Source of the DNA: Octopus bimaculoides
Taxonomy: Eukaryota
Length of the DNA stretch: 64,000 bases
Assembly (NCBI RefSeq): GCF_001194135.2
Contig: NC_069000.1
Coordinates: forward strand, 39,531,853 to 39,595,852
Direction: 5' to 3'
How positions within the stretch are numbered: the stretch's first letter is position 1; every line of letters begins with the position of its first letter. Below the pieces are notes generated by a model, which saw only the letters and a program-made list of their open reading frames with translations, had not been told where the DNA came from and made no database searches. Shown piece by piece: positions 11,819 through 25,679 of this stretch. The position numbers were made by a program, and so were the translations under genes.

Positions 11819-13139
11819 GTAAGTTATGGGAATTGTTTTGTTTCTTAATAATTTGATCTTTTATTTTTGTAACGGTTTTTTTCCTTTCTTTTATTCCAGC
11901 AAAAATATGTTGTTAATAAAATGTCTTTCACAAACACAAACAAAATCTTATAAATTATGCATGTAATAAAAAGGATTCTAAAATGTAAGCAAAAATCTGA
12001 ACACCGTTGAGACAAACTTTCCACCGATTTTCATGCAGAAGTTCAGATAAATTCAGCGATGAATAATGCATCTTCTCCAATTCTTTCATGACTAAAAGAA
12101 TATATGTGCGACTCATGTGTATGTTGTGTTTATATGTATATGTGTGTGTCTCTATGCATATATGAATCTATTCTTACGTGTGATGGTGTATACTTGTTGG
12201 CAGTATTTGTGTATATATGTCTGAGTTTACCTAGGTAGATACATAAATGGATTTCTATGTACATACATTATAGAACTGACAATACGATCATACACAAAAG
12301 TGTGAAACATTAGCTCTTCCAAGTGGCGAGATAAATTCTTAAATTGTCTTCCAACCAACAGAATGTTTTCAACCATCTTTTGTAACACTTGCCTTCAATC
12401 TTATAGCAACACATGCTATTCAGAAAGTAAATAGAAGTCCTGTCCAAAACGCTAATCCGTGAATTAATATTAATTTCTTCAATTCACAAACACCACACAG
12501 TTTGTATAAACTTTTTAAAACCTATGTTCCTCGCTATGACTTCGATAATATATCGACCGCATTATAACGAAACCGCATATTAATTCATTGTTCTCCGTTT
12601 TAAGAAATGCATATGGGAAAATGGTGACAACATGGCTATACAAAATGTAGGAACGACTGTCTCGAGAGATCGTTCTCTTGCTTACAATGGTAAGCATATC
12701 AATAATCTTTTATTTTATTTTGCGAACAAGACATGTTGATATATAAACATGAAACGACGTATTATATATGAGAGAGTTACTAAAACATGTGGTTTTGTAT
12801 ATTTATGTTTACATAAAATGAGTGATGCAGCAAGGACATTTGTAACTATATATAAATGCGTGGAAATCTGTTATATAACTTCGGAGAAATTATGCAATAT
12901 AAGTAAATATGTTAATGTATGACTATGTACATATATATATCGTATAAGTGCAAGCATACAATTATATATAAAATTTTAAGATTTTTTTTTTATTAAAACA
13001 TGTTTCATGTGACAAACCTTCAGCTTCAGCTGTACTAAACAAGTAGACTATATCCTCTAAAGCATGTACTGAGCACTACTTTCTCATCCGTCTGACATTA
13101 AGCAATAATGCATAAATATATACATATTCACACACACAT

Positions 13140-13456
13140 GCGGTCATAGGATCGCGGTTTCGATTCCCAGACTAGGCGTTGTGAGTGTTTATTGAGCGAA
13201 AACACCTAATGCTCCACAAGGCTCCGGCAGGGGATGGTGGCGAACCCTGCTGTACTCTTTCACCACAACTTTCTCTCACTCTTACTTCCTGTTTCTGTTG
13301 TGCCTGTATTTCAAAGAGTCAGCCTTGTCACACTGTGTCACGTTGAATATCCCCGAGAACTACGTTAAGGGTACACGTGTCTGTGGAGTGCTCAGCCACT
13401 TGCACGTTAATTTCACGAGCAGGCTGTTCCGTTGATCGAAACAACTGCAACCCTCG
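13140..13456 (+). mobile_element. Family A tRNA SINE, 5'-truncated, running into a gap
   Basis: Near-identical to 1305-1684 from CGGTCATAGG to AACCCTCG. Confidence 0.9.
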
Positions 13457-14614
13457 NNNNNNNNNNNNNNNNNNNNNNNNNNNNNNNNNNNNNNNNNNNN
13501 NNNNNNNNNNNNNNNTATATATATATATATATACATATATATACATATATATATATTATATTATATTGTATTAAGTATATTATTTAACTCATAAGACAAG
13601 GTTCAACGAATACAATCGTTTTATGAAAATGGAGGAGATTAGATGTTAATATGGATTGAAATTATTTTTATTCCTGTAGCAATACGATTGTTTCGGACAG
13701 AAAGGCAATAAATTCAGCAGCAGAAATTAAGGAAAGAAAAAAAAACCTAAAAAGACATTAGTATGATATTCGAAATGTGTAATTGTTCTTAGAGTCTAAA
13801 GGGTCACAGTTGGGTGTTGATTTATATATAAAGTTAATAAGGGTTATACCAATAACACACCTTTCACGATGTCTTTCCTAATCGCCTGTAATTTCCGCAT
13901 TACCTCTCTTTCAAACTGATTTTTTCTCTTGCTAGACTTTTCAAAATAACCTCCATTCTTATTTATTCAGCTAATCCACAATCTACCACTACGGCTTGTT
14001 TTGCCGTTTCCGCCAGCCTATTGCCGAACTAATTCACTAATTTCCCCGTTTTCACAATTATGGAACGGAAGAAATAAACAGAAGCACCGACATACAAGCA
14101 AAAGGTTTTTTTTACAGAAAATATAAAAATTCTAACACAAAATACCAATATTTCTGTATCGTTTTGACTCCAAATTTTCATAAATTCGATTAAAAACTAT
14201 TAGAAAGCGTCCTTAAAATTTTCGATGTCTTTAGTGTTTCCATACAAGTAAGTTATAAATAGCGATATTCAATTTCATTATTTTAACATTTTAAATTTTT
14301 CTTCCCAATTTCTATTTCTCCCAGGGGTGCTTACAGACTAACGAGAACATAATTCCGCTTTAAAATGTACAATTAATATCTATAATCAATAATTTGAAAA
14401 ATCGATTTAATGCGAGTATTTTACTCTAAGATAGAATGATACTAGAGTCCTTTTTTACTCTTAGTAAATTTTAGATATTCTGAAACTCGTTTAGATCTTA
14501 TTTTAAATAATTTGCCAGTTTCTTCATCTGTTATATATTTACGTCTTTTCTACAACAAACATAACTGAACTTCAACCTTTGAATACATTTTGACGCCAAT
14601 ATTTACCTCTAGGT

Positions 14615-15200
14615 AGGCGGTGAGCTTGCAGAATGGTTAGCATGCCTGTCAAAATGCTTTACGTTCTACATGTGGAGGCGGAATGGCCTAGTGGTTAGAG
14701 CAGCGGACTCGCGGTCATAGGATCGCGGTTTCGATTCCCAGACCAGGCGTTGTGAGTGTTTATTGAGCGAAAACACCTACAGCTCCACGAGGCTCCGGCA
14801 GGGGATGGTGGCGAACCTTGCTGTACTCCTCTTTCACCACAACTTTCTCTCACTCTTACTTCCTGTTTCTGTTGTGCCTGTAATGCAAAAGGGTCAGCCT
14901 TGTCACACTGTGTCACGCTGAATATCCCCGAGAACTACGTTAAGGGTACATGTGTCTGTGGAGTGCTCAGCCACTTGCACATTAATTTCACGAGCCGGCC
15001 GTTCCGTTGATCGGATCAACTGGAACCCTCGACGTCGTAAGCGACGGAGTGCCAACCACAACAACGTTCTGCGTTCAGATTTCATCGATGTCATGTTTGT
15101 CTTTCATCCTTTCGGGGTCGATAATATAAGTGTCAGTCGATGTGATTAACTTACTCCCTCCCCACATATTGCTGGATTTGTGTCAATACTTGAAACCAAT
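14615..15200 (+). mobile_element. OK-like SINE split by a family A insertion
   Basis: Head GGCGGTGAGCTTGCAGAATGGTTAGC at 14615-14667; the body resumes at 15064 (GTTCAGATTT..CTTTCATCCTTTCGGGGTCGATAA). Confidence 0.75.
14674..15063 (+). mobile_element. Family A tRNA SINE, full length, nested
   Basis: Full head and 3' CGTCGTAAGCGACGGAGTGCCAAC; ACGTTCT duplicated at 14661-14667 and 15064-15070. Confidence 0.9.
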
Positions 15201-16249
15201 ATTTCCCTCTTGTAACAAAATTTTCACTCTGTATTTGACGCCAAAATTTAATCTTCCCTCAAACTGCACTTCAATAATTCCTTTCATTTCATTGAGCGAT
15301 CGTATTGAGATGGAGTATAGAAACTAATCAGTGCAGAATCACGTATTTCTATAACTAGGATGTATTCAAAGCAAAACCTCGTAAAATATGATAGATAGTT
15401 TTGAAATAAGCATTTGGATAAGCTCTGTAATCGTTTCAGTTATATTTTAGTTTCCTTGAACGTAATATATTTTATAAATGTTACATTATGTTATAGATAC
15501 TTTCATGAAAATCGATGAAGACTTTATGGTTTATCTCGAGTATGTAATTTCATAGCGCACATATGAAGAATTGAATCGAATTTTCAAAAGAGAAAAAAAA
15601 GGGGAAACACATGCTATTATAATCGGCTTTATCTTTCCACTCTTTCTCACCTTCTCTCTCCCTCTCTCTCTCTCACTCTCTCACACGCAAACAATCTTTC
15701 GTTATTTCTCTGTCTCTCTCTCCCTCTAACTCTCACCTCTCTCGGTCCCTCCTTCTCACTCTTTCTCTGTCCCTCAGTCTCTTTCATTTCTCTCCCTCCC
15801 TCTCTCACTTGTCTTCAACATGCCAAACTCAAAAATCCATCCTACTTACTGTTACCGAAAATCAGTTTTCGAATTCATTTCAGTAGAACTAACTCGCAGT
15901 TGCCTTTCAATTTCTGCAATATAAAGTAACGTATTGCACTCAATCCTCATGAGAGTAAATAACCAGAAACAGCTATCCCACTGAAGAACACTCTCATTTT
16001 TTATACAATCTTTGAACTATTTTCCTTATCAATTTCAAGCATTCAAAGCAAATTATCTATATTCGATAAGAAACATTTAAAACTGCAGCTGTAAGTCGAG
16101 TAGGGAGTTTGCCGAAATTCATCCGGAGGAACTTTTCTACTTTCCTATTTAATATTAGGAGTGCTAACTTCATTTTTTAAATTTTTTTTTTCAGGGTAGA
16201 GTTCATTGAAGCAAGACCATTTGTGGTAAAAAAAAAAAAAACAAGGCTT

Positions 16250-16900
16250 TGAAATGCTGGTATATAATCTGAGCTCCCTGTTCAAAAATAGAGAAAATGG
16301 CACAGACGTTGCCTTGAGGTACTTGTGAACTTGTTATAGGTGAGTTCTGAATTGTTTTGACGGAATAATGTCGACGTTTCATGAATGATATAGCGTTCAC
16401 TGCAGCGTTGGAGAGGTAAATTTTGGGGCTTTTGAGGCGACCCTAATAATAAAGGCCTGCAATTCATTTATTGTGATCTAAAGCTGAGATTCCTCAATTT
16501 TTATATTGTGTATGCAGACCACAGTGCGGTGCAATATCTAAGATGGAATCTGGCAAAACAAGAGAGGGATTTTAGCAGAATATGCGCAGTGATAATTCAA
16601 ACTCCTCCGTTTAAATTATCCCTGAGCACATTCTGCGGCCATATCAACTTTCTCTATTATAAGTTCATGTTCATCCTAGTTTCTAGTTATAATTCGGTGC
16701 GTCGAGAAATTCTGAGAAAATAGAATATGGGTGTTTAGGTAATATTCTCTTTTGAAAAACGGATGAACTCAAGTTTTTCCTCATTTAGCAGCACGTTTAT
16801 CCTTTGGCAAATCCAGCCAAATTGGAGTTCTGTTCAGTCACATATTCCAGAGATTAGAGTCACCTGTAAATTTATTTTATGCAGTTTGATGACTTTTCTA
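16250..16900 (-). mobile_element. Highly decayed CR1/L2/Jockey-type LINE RT C-terminal fragment
   Basis: Minus-strand pieces NVLLNEEKLEFIRF, IEKVDMAAECAQG*FKRR, LKSLSCFARFHLRYCTALWSAY and RTHL*QVHKYLK parallel the 'F N..K..V', 'KA...LG.IKR', 'LVRPHLEYC..VWSP' and 'R.DLI.VYKIL' motifs in order. Confidence 0.55.
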
Positions 16901-19229
16901 ATAAGGTTTATGCACATAATAAACAGAAAAGCGCCCGACACTATACCTTAGGAAAACACTTAATGATCTTGTCTCATCATGAGTAAATATTTTGTCTGCG
17001 CAAGTCAGGAAAATAGTGCGTTTCGAATAACCCTTGGCGATATTTCATAAGTTGATGCGATAAATGTGCCATTTGCCTGGTCGCGAATGAATATTTGACA
17101 TACATGTTGACTTGTCTATTATCTGTCTACGTAGAAATGTCATTCTCAAATATCGTTTCAGAATGTTGTGTCTCTTTGATATTCTATCCACTATATTCTA
17201 ACCCCATGAAAGACTTCTAGCAGTTCCGATGCAATTCAGTGAATTCCCTATATCTGAACTCATCGTTAGATCTTTTCATGTGACTAGCGTTTGTAAAAAC
17301 CAGGCATTATTGTATTGTGTGGTCCTTATAAATAGATACCGTTAGATGCTTTGTTGTCTTTTTTTTATCTCAGCAATTATTCTTTTATTTGCGCTGTTTA
17401 GATATTTTACAATTGTCATGTACATACGGCAGAATGATTCTGTTTCTTATTTATCTAGTTAATGTGTGTCTGTCCTAATGTGTTTATGCTGCTATTGCAC
17501 AAACGATTAAGATGTATTGAAAGATCGTATCACCTGCATTGAATGTGTTATTAATAGACATTAAATATATGATGCTAATGTTTAGGAAACAGAATATGAG
17601 AGATATAACCGCGCATTGTCGTATACCAGAGCTGATAGAAACTGGTTCGGTGTGAGCTATCTCAATATGAGCTGCGAAATATAATTTCATAGGAAGGTTG
17701 TAATAAAAAGAGATAAAAAACATGATTACAGTCAGCTTAAAGCAGCAGTTCTACCTAATTAGGTCGAAAATGCTAGTACTCTCAAGTTTAACGATATTTC
17801 TTTGAGTGGCCTCATTTATAGTGCACGCGTGCACGAGATATACTGAATAAAACAAGAATGGTTACTGATTCTATCTTATCACATACCGGTGAGCTATACA
17901 TTGAAGAATTATAGTGAAGGCAATGCTGTCAGCTGAACATTAGCAAAGCTTCAAGAGTACCTAGTATGTGAATCATCAATCAAACTTGCCTGCTGACAGT
18001 CCACCCTCGACTCTCATCAATTGCATTCGGGTACATTCCTATAGAACTAATACCCCATACGACGAAACGTTCTTCAAGGTGTTGCTCAAGCATGGCCGGA
18101 GATTATTAACTGACACATGTAAAAGGTAAATGATAAAGAATATTGTAACAATGAGGAATAAACTTTGAATTAGAACTAGCACCATATTGCATGTCTGAGA
18201 CAATTCAATCGAAGATACTGTCGTATTGTCAATATCTAAATGTCATTAGTGATTGAAAGGTTACAGTTGAATATGTTACGACAAAACTACAAGCCGTCAA
18301 ACACTATGATGTCAAAATCTACAATAGTTTTTTTGAATTGTGTGAAATTAAGATTTTAACATGGGTCAATTGATGCACTCGGCTAGTATTAAAAATCTCA
18401 TTTTGTCTATGTTTCTGCAACACATATTAAGCTATTTTTCCGATTGTATAAACAATTTATAAATCTAAATTCGCCAGAAATCTATAAAATCCAACGAACA
18501 AAGACACAAGTCTCTCTTAAATACAAACATCCAAATACATTAAGTTCAAAGGAAATGCAACAATTAGAAATATCAAATTTAATCTTTATATTTCTTAAAT
18601 CTATTATATCAGCTTCTATGATTTCTATATTGATCAGTGGACTTCTTTCATATTAATGTTTTCCGCTATACACTAAGTCTTTGTTGTCATCTTTCCAGTT
18701 TCCTCCTGTACTATAGGAACACCATACAAGCATATTGTTTAAACTGCATTCCTTATGTTCACTAGCTTTACTATAACATCTACTCCATACTTAACCCTCC
18801 ATCACCAAGTTTATTCCAAGACATCGTAATTGCCATTGCAATACTTAACAAAACCTGTTCTAAACATTGTTAATGTTTAGACAACCAATATCGCTACTTC
18901 TATATCACCAACTTTACTCCCTATAGCTACACACTTAATTTTATTTGATAATTTGTGTAACGTAGGAAACTTAATCAACTCTGGAATATATCGGTTTGTT
19001 TCCTCCATGTTAGCACCATTTATTTCTTACTTGAAACATGTTATATTGAAAATTTACAAATGTATTTTCTATGTTGTATGTAATTCTCATGCCATGTCCG
19101 AACATAATTTCCACTCCTCTAATTAAAATCCTCGTAATAAACTTCCTTTATGTATATACAACATTTCCTGTTTTTTTCTCGTTTACATCAAAACATAGTT
19201 CGACTTAAATATTTTATCAGCCACAGGAT

Positions 19230-19450
19230 CTTACGCACTAATCTGATCTTTGCCTCTGATTATTTAGTTAATAACAATAGTCAGTTTCTGTTTCCATTCA
19301 TTAAAGCTATCCGCTCTAATCTTGTATTACGATTAGTTTGTCTACAAATTAATCAACTGGTTCCAATAGCACGTTTCCCAACATAAAACCATCGATCTTC
19401 CTTCGTTCCCTACACTTTAATCCTTCCATTATCGGAATCCTGAAAATCTT
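19230..19450 (-). mobile_element. Very decayed RTE 3' fragment
   Basis: IKV*GTKEDRW resembles 'V.G.R.RGRP..W'; no other support. Confidence 0.3.
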
Positions 19451-19923
19451 TATTACGAATAATATTTAAGTCCATTTTATAACCATGACCATCCTAAATG
19501 TAACAAAGAATAAAACTTGTACATAAGCATGAATGTTGATAAATCATAAAACTTTATGTTTAAGTAAATGCATGTATATAATTATAAATGTAACTTCGAA
19601 GTTCAAAACTATATTCTTAGTCAACAATACAATAAAGGTCATTATTAACCAACATGAAATAAACTATCGTTATGCAAAAAGAGTATATTGCGAATATGCA
19701 TTGCGGAATTTTTCTTCCCAATGATGTTTTTGTGTGTCTATCTGCGATTTAAAAGCACTACGAACATTTATGCGCGTGAGTGTGTATTCATAATCGTAAG
19801 TGTGCATAAACATCGTCTACAGTACCGTAGGTCCAGAGAGTGGAGAAGGCAATAATACTGTGCAATACTAATAATAATCCAGATCATCCTAATATAAGGA
19901 CAGATTTCGACATTAGCATAGAT

Positions 19924-20136
19924 CTTTTCTACTCTAGGCACAAGGCCCGAAATTTTGGGGGTGGGGCTAGTCGCTTAGATCGACCCCAGTACGCAACTGG
20001 TACTTAATGTATCGACCCCGAATGGATGAAAGACACAGTCGACCTCGGTGGAATTTGAACTCAGAGCGTAAAGACAGACGAAATACCGCAAAGCATTTCA
20101 CCCGGTGTGCTAAGGTATCTGCCAGCTCGCCGCTTT
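19924..20136 (-). mobile_element. OK-like tRNA SINE, full length, with 15-bp TSD
   Basis: GACATTAGCATAGAT at 19909-19923 and 20137-20151; B-box GAATTTGAACTC (reverse complement). Confidence 0.92.
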
Positions 20137-21825
20137 GACATTAGCATAGATTGTGGGAAACAACGTGAACAGGATAAACACCCATAATAATAATAATAAT
20201 AATAGCACTGGGAATAACAGAAATGAGAATAATGAAAATTAAAATAGTAATAATAACAAGAATCTCAATAAGAGGAAAGATATGAAAACAAAGGGGAACA
20301 TGATTGGAAATGATAAGACAAAATATTCAAGAGATTAAGAAATCATGCGCTTTGGTGAATGAGTGTTTTCATAGGAACATTATATAGAAATGTACTGACC
20401 CTCAAGAACCGCAGGAGCAACCATGAAGCGTTATTTACGAACGGCTGCAAAGGCAGGGTACACACGCAGACATTATACAGGACCTGAAACAGGCAAAATA
20501 GAGACAAAATAGAGCACGACCTATACAGTAATACGAAATGCAAAAACTATAAATCCCTTCCTCTGACAGACCCTTAAGATAATATATGGTGGAGCATAAA
20601 GATCTCTCACATTGTGGATAAATATAAAGAGAGAACACAACCATTCTAGGAACCATTTGTTATGTTTCTGAAAAGTAGATAAAAAAAACAGTTATCACGT
20701 TTTGTAATGTGCAGAAATTATACCAATAACGGATTATTCTTATAAAACAATATCATATCATTTTCATATGTCACTTCAATCTGCTTTACTCTACACAAAT
20801 TTTTATACCCACAGAGATCATTTTATAATTCACCTTCACTATGTTGTCTTTGTTTTGTTTTTCGCAGTTTTAATTCCAACTAAAATGTTTGTCTGCTAAC
20901 TAAAACGGCTTAAATATTTAATGTGCTATAATGTTTCCTGTTTTATATAGTTCTCCTCGGCACTACGTTTTTCAGCTTACCGGCATTTAATTCTTAAAAC
21001 ATTTTTTATTCTGCATTTACTAATGTAAGCAATGTTTAAACATGTACGTATATATATATATATGTATATATCTATCTATCTATCTATATATATANNNNNN
21101 NNNNNNNNNNNNNNNNNNNNNNNNNNNNNNNNNNNNNNNNNNNNNNNNNNNNNNNNNNNNNNNNNNNNNNNNNNNNNNNNNNNNNNNNNNNNNNNNNNNN
21201 NNNNNNNNNNNNNNNNNNNNNNNNNNNNNNNNNNNNNNNNNNNNNNNNNNNNNNNNNNNNNNNNNNNNNNNNNNNNNNNNNNNNNNNNNNNNNNNNNNNN
21301 NNNNNNNNNNNNNNNNNNNNNNNNNNNNNNNNNNNNNNNNNNNNNNNNNNNNNNNNNNNNNNNNNNNNNNNNNNNNNNNNNNNNNNNNNNNNNNNNNNNN
21401 NNNNNNNNNNNNNNNNNNNNNNNNNNNNNNNNNNNNNNNNNNNNNNNNNNNNNNNNNNNNNNNNNNNNNNNNNNNNNNNNNNNNNNNNNNNNNNNNNNNN
21501 NNNNNNNNNNNNNNNNNNNNNNNNNNNNNNNNNNNNNNNNNNNNNNNNNNNNNNNNNNNNNNNNNNNNNNNNNNNNNNNNNNNNNNNNNNNNNNNNNNNN
21601 NNNNNNNNNNNNNNNNNNNNNNNNNNNNNNNNNNNNNNNNNNNNNNNNNNNNNNNNNNNNNNNNNNNNNNNNNNNNNNNNNNNNNNNNNNNNNNNNNNNN
21701 NNNNGCCTAGGTGCTTCGCAACAAAATTATTAAAAAATTCCAACAAAATGTGGACAGTAAAAGGTCAAATAAACGTTTACCTTCGCAGCCGATGTGACAG
21801 CACGTCCGTGAGAAGAGATAGATAG

Positions 21826-21856
<31 letters not shown>

Positions 21857-22880
21857 GATAGATTGTCGCACACAGAAGCACTCAGTAATGTACAGTCATG
21901 TGACATTTAACGCATTCGAGATCATTCGGACATTGAGAATCTCATCCTCTGTAAAAATAATCTCGGAAGAAAATTCTCCTCCTAGACTTGTGTAGAAATA
22001 CATATTGCAATGTAAATGACGTCATAGGATAGGAGGATGCATTCGCAGCAAATTAAACGTTTACAACATGTGAAAGGGGAGAAATCCCACGTCCGAATAT
22101 AATTGAACTTACCCAATATGACTTTATATGAGCTATTCATCACTATGTATTGTTAATCAGTAAATCGTATAGATTCAATAGTAACACAGGATTAACTAAA
22201 ATATTTACTGAAAAATATTATGAAAAGAGCTTTAAATGATTATTTTTCGGAATTATACCTTCAGACATTTTATTGACTTTTTCATTCTTTATTTTATTTT
22301 TGGTATTCGATAACAAAAACACAATCTGGTATGAAAAGGCAGGAGAAAATAGAGACTTCTTTTATTATCATTTTCTAAATGGAAGCGTTATTACATGTAC
22401 TGGAATATGTTAGAGTATAAAGGACTATTTTCACTATTTCGTTTTTAACAAAGTATGATGTTGAATTTATAAATCTAAAATAGACAGTAAATTGTGAACA
22501 ATCACAAAGCAGTAATGAAATAACCATTGGTACAGAATACAACAATGGTGTATTTATTCAGAGACTGTTGGTAATTATATTGTGATTGTAACGCGTTTTT
22601 GTGCTAACATTATATGGATTCCTTCTTTAAAAAGTGAGAAACTGATATTAAAATTAATAATTTTATAGAATCTGCAAATCCTCTGTTGAAGTGTCGATAC
22701 CTTAGAAAAGATGAAGCATAAAGAAAGTATTATAGAAGCTGCTATTTATCGAATAATTTTTCCTCGATCAAGGCCATAAGGATATAATTTGATTAAAAGA
22801 CGTCTCATAGTTTCTCCGATTTTTCATTGGTAAACAATACGTTTTCCATATTACTATGTGTACACACACACGCACACACA

Positions 22881-22913
<33 letters not shown>

Positions 22914-23251
22914 ACACACATACATACACACATACACATATGTATGTATACATATTTATATTCCGTATGAATATATACATATTTATGTGATGCCTCCTTA
23001 CTTCTTTCCACATGGTCTTAGAGCTAACTCTGCGCCTACATTGGGGTCCTGGAAATAATTGTTAACCCTGGAAAGAAAGTGTATGCAATGGTTCTAGTAA
23101 CACATGAATAGATGGCTGAACATTTTCACGATCACAAAATCCCTAACATTTGACCTCCTAATTCCCCAGATCAAATGACTGAACATATGCACATACACAC
23201 ACACACACATGTATAAATATATGTACAGGTAGACAGATGTATATGTATATG

Positions 23252-23331
<80 letters not shown>

Positions 23332-23379
23332 TATATGCATTATATATACATGTAATATATGGGAGGTATGTGTGTGAAT

Positions 23380-23610
23380 GTTAGTTTTCGTGTCTGTGTT
23401 CGTATCCACCACTCCACCACAACTTAACAATAGTTGTTGGTGGGTTTATATCCCTGTATCTTAGGGATTCGATAAAAGAGACCGATATAGTAACTAATAG
23501 GCTTAAGTGAAACTAAGATACAGGGGTTGATTCGTTCGATTAAAATTTCTTCATGGCGCTGCACTGGAATGGACTGCACACTGCAATGAGAGAAACAACT
23601 AAAGATGAAA
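23380..23610 (+). mobile_element. 3' part of CORE-like SINE (decayed)
   Basis: AAAAGAGACCGATA..GGGGTTGATTCGTTCGATTAAAA.. resembles the 3' half of the family. Confidence 0.6.
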
Positions 23611-23899
23611 CGCAATTTTTAGTCTGTTATACATTAAAATTCAAAATCTCATTATCATAAAGTATTGTAAATATTTATTTTCTTTTGATGGTGTGTCCAT
23701 ATAAATGTTTTAGAACGTTAGTTAATGATACTCGCTATTCTCTTCTGAAACATCAACTGATGATGTCCGCCATTTAAGCGTTAATCACAGTACTTAAATT
23801 GCTGCTGTGTACAAAGTTATTAAAGTTGCAGTACTTGATGCCCCGAAACTCTTTCAGTGATACAGCTCGTGTCCATAATATACAGTAAATATTTGTTCC

Positions 23900-24529
23900 T
23901 TTATATGTTTCGGTCATTTGACTGCGGCCATGCTACAGCACCGCCTTTAGTCGACGAAATCAACCGCAGGACCTATTATTCTTAAGTCTAGTACTTTTTC
24001 TATCCGTTTCTTATTTCTTTATTACCCACAATGGGATAAACATAGAGGGGACAAACAAGGACAGACAAAGGGTTTAAGTCGATTACATCGACCCCAGTGC
24101 GTAACTGGTACTTAATTTATCAAACACCGAAAGGATGAAAGGCAAAGTCAACCTCGGCGGAATTTGAACTCAGAACCTAACGGCAGACGAAATATAGCTA
24201 AGCATTTCGTCCAGCATGCTAACGTTTCTGCCAGCTCGCTGCCTTATTCTATCCGTATTTTTTGCCGAACCACTAAGTTACGGGGGCGTTAACAAACCAA
24301 CAAAGGTTGTCAAGTGATGGGCAGGGATCAAACGCGCGCACACACACACATACATACACACGCATATATACGATGGGCTTCTTTTAGTTTACGTCAACCA
24401 AATCTACCCACACGGCTTTGGTCAACCCGAGGCTATAATACAAGACACTTGCCCAGGGTGCCACGCAGTGGGACTGAACCCAAAACCTTGTGGTTGGGAG
24501 CAAACTTCTTACCCACAGAGCCACGCCTG
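23900..24529 (-). mobile_element. CORE-like tRNA SINE (OR-type), full length, interrupted by an OK-like SINE
   Basis: Head ..GGGACTGAACCC..TTCTTACC..GCCACGCCTG; GACACTTGCCCAGGGTGCC is the reverse complement of a MIR/CORE-like GGCACCCTGGGCAAGTGTC; TTCTATCCGT is repeated either side of the insert. Confidence 0.85.
24030..24243 (-). mobile_element. OK-like tRNA SINE nested in the CORE-like SINE
   Basis: GGAATTTGAACTCAGAAC..CTGCCAGCTCGCTGCC, matching the 19924 copy. Confidence 0.88.
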
Positions 24530-25393
24530 TTTACAGTACATTCATATAGATTCCTACCTTAGAATGTATTTTATGATATCTTCTGTATAGAGATACCTTT
24601 ATATCTCTCAATAAAGTCCTGACATTGAATTCTGATTGAAGGAAGCTGTGAGACTGTTTGGATTTCTGGTTCATCGAAGCTTTTCCAAAGAGACAAGGTG
24701 TGGATGATGAATGGCTGCTGCTAAAGACCAAGAGAGGCAGTATACAGGAGTTTTTATAATCAGATTTTTTAAAACGGGTTATTCATAAATCGTAAACCAG
24801 AAATCGATTTATGAGTATCCCTTATTTTTTAAAATCTGAATAATTTATTAGACCGTTTCAACCTGTGCTAACGGAGTAAAATATCATGTGGTTTCTAGAG
24901 CTATTAGCAGCTATTTCTAGCCTGTTGGTGTGGTTTATCCACACCTTTTTCTATAATTATATATATATATATATACAGACCGCACTCACCGCATCGCAGC
25001 TCCTGTCTCGTCCCCACCTTATCCTACACCTATTTCGTCCTTTTCTGCTCTTCGTCATTCTTCGTACACCCTCCCTCTCCTTCTGCCTCCACTCCTTCTT
25101 CTTTCTTTTCTTCTTCTCCTTCGTTTTCCGCCAAATTTCACCTATTGAATCTTAAACCTTCGTATATTCACGTCACAACAGTAGGGAACACCTACTTCCC
25201 ATTCAATGATGAGATATTTAAACGGCTTGCAGCAGATATGTGTAATCCTTTTATTACGTTTGGTCGCTAAAGCGAAAATACTGCACAATTGAGTCACATG
25301 ATCCAGTGGCTTGCCAAACTAGTTGCATGTATTGTTCGGTTACCAAGTGACCAATTGTGTCTTCGCTGCATCTGAACAACAAACATTTTACAG

Positions 25394-25679
25394 CCACCGC
25401 TTTTCTGAATATCCTGAACAGGGGGACGTCACCTCAAAATATAGAAATACAAGGTAAAAATGCAGCTTTGTTCTGTTTTTTTTTTTTCATTTTACAGTTT
25501 ACTTTGTAACTTCTCACAATGTTCCGGCTTTGCACAATTACATTCTTTAAAGTGATACCGCACAATATTTCACAAAAACTACCCCATATATACAGAGGTA
25601 TAAGATTTGCAAAACAGTTTATTTTACCGAGGTGCCACTTGAAAATCACCTGAAGAGCCATATCTACACAAAGGTATGT
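25394..25679 (+). pseudogene. Possible decayed C2H2 zinc-finger sequence
   Basis: YKICKTVYFTEVPLENHLKSH (25599-25661) has C-x3-Y-x5-L-x2-H-x3-H spacing with TAT in place of the first Cys; a second decayed finger CNFSQC..FAQLHSLK*YRTIFH lies upstream in another frame; donor AAG|GTATGT at 25674. Confidence 0.3.

Noticed and set aside
12995-13035. Penelope-like end (CATGTTTCATGTGAC..CTTCAGCTG)
   Set aside because: Too degenerate to model a ribozyme or assign an element.
24620-24760. Coding-like stretch (FWFIEAFPKRQGVDDEWLLLKTK)
   Set aside because: No convincing acceptor and no recognisable homology.
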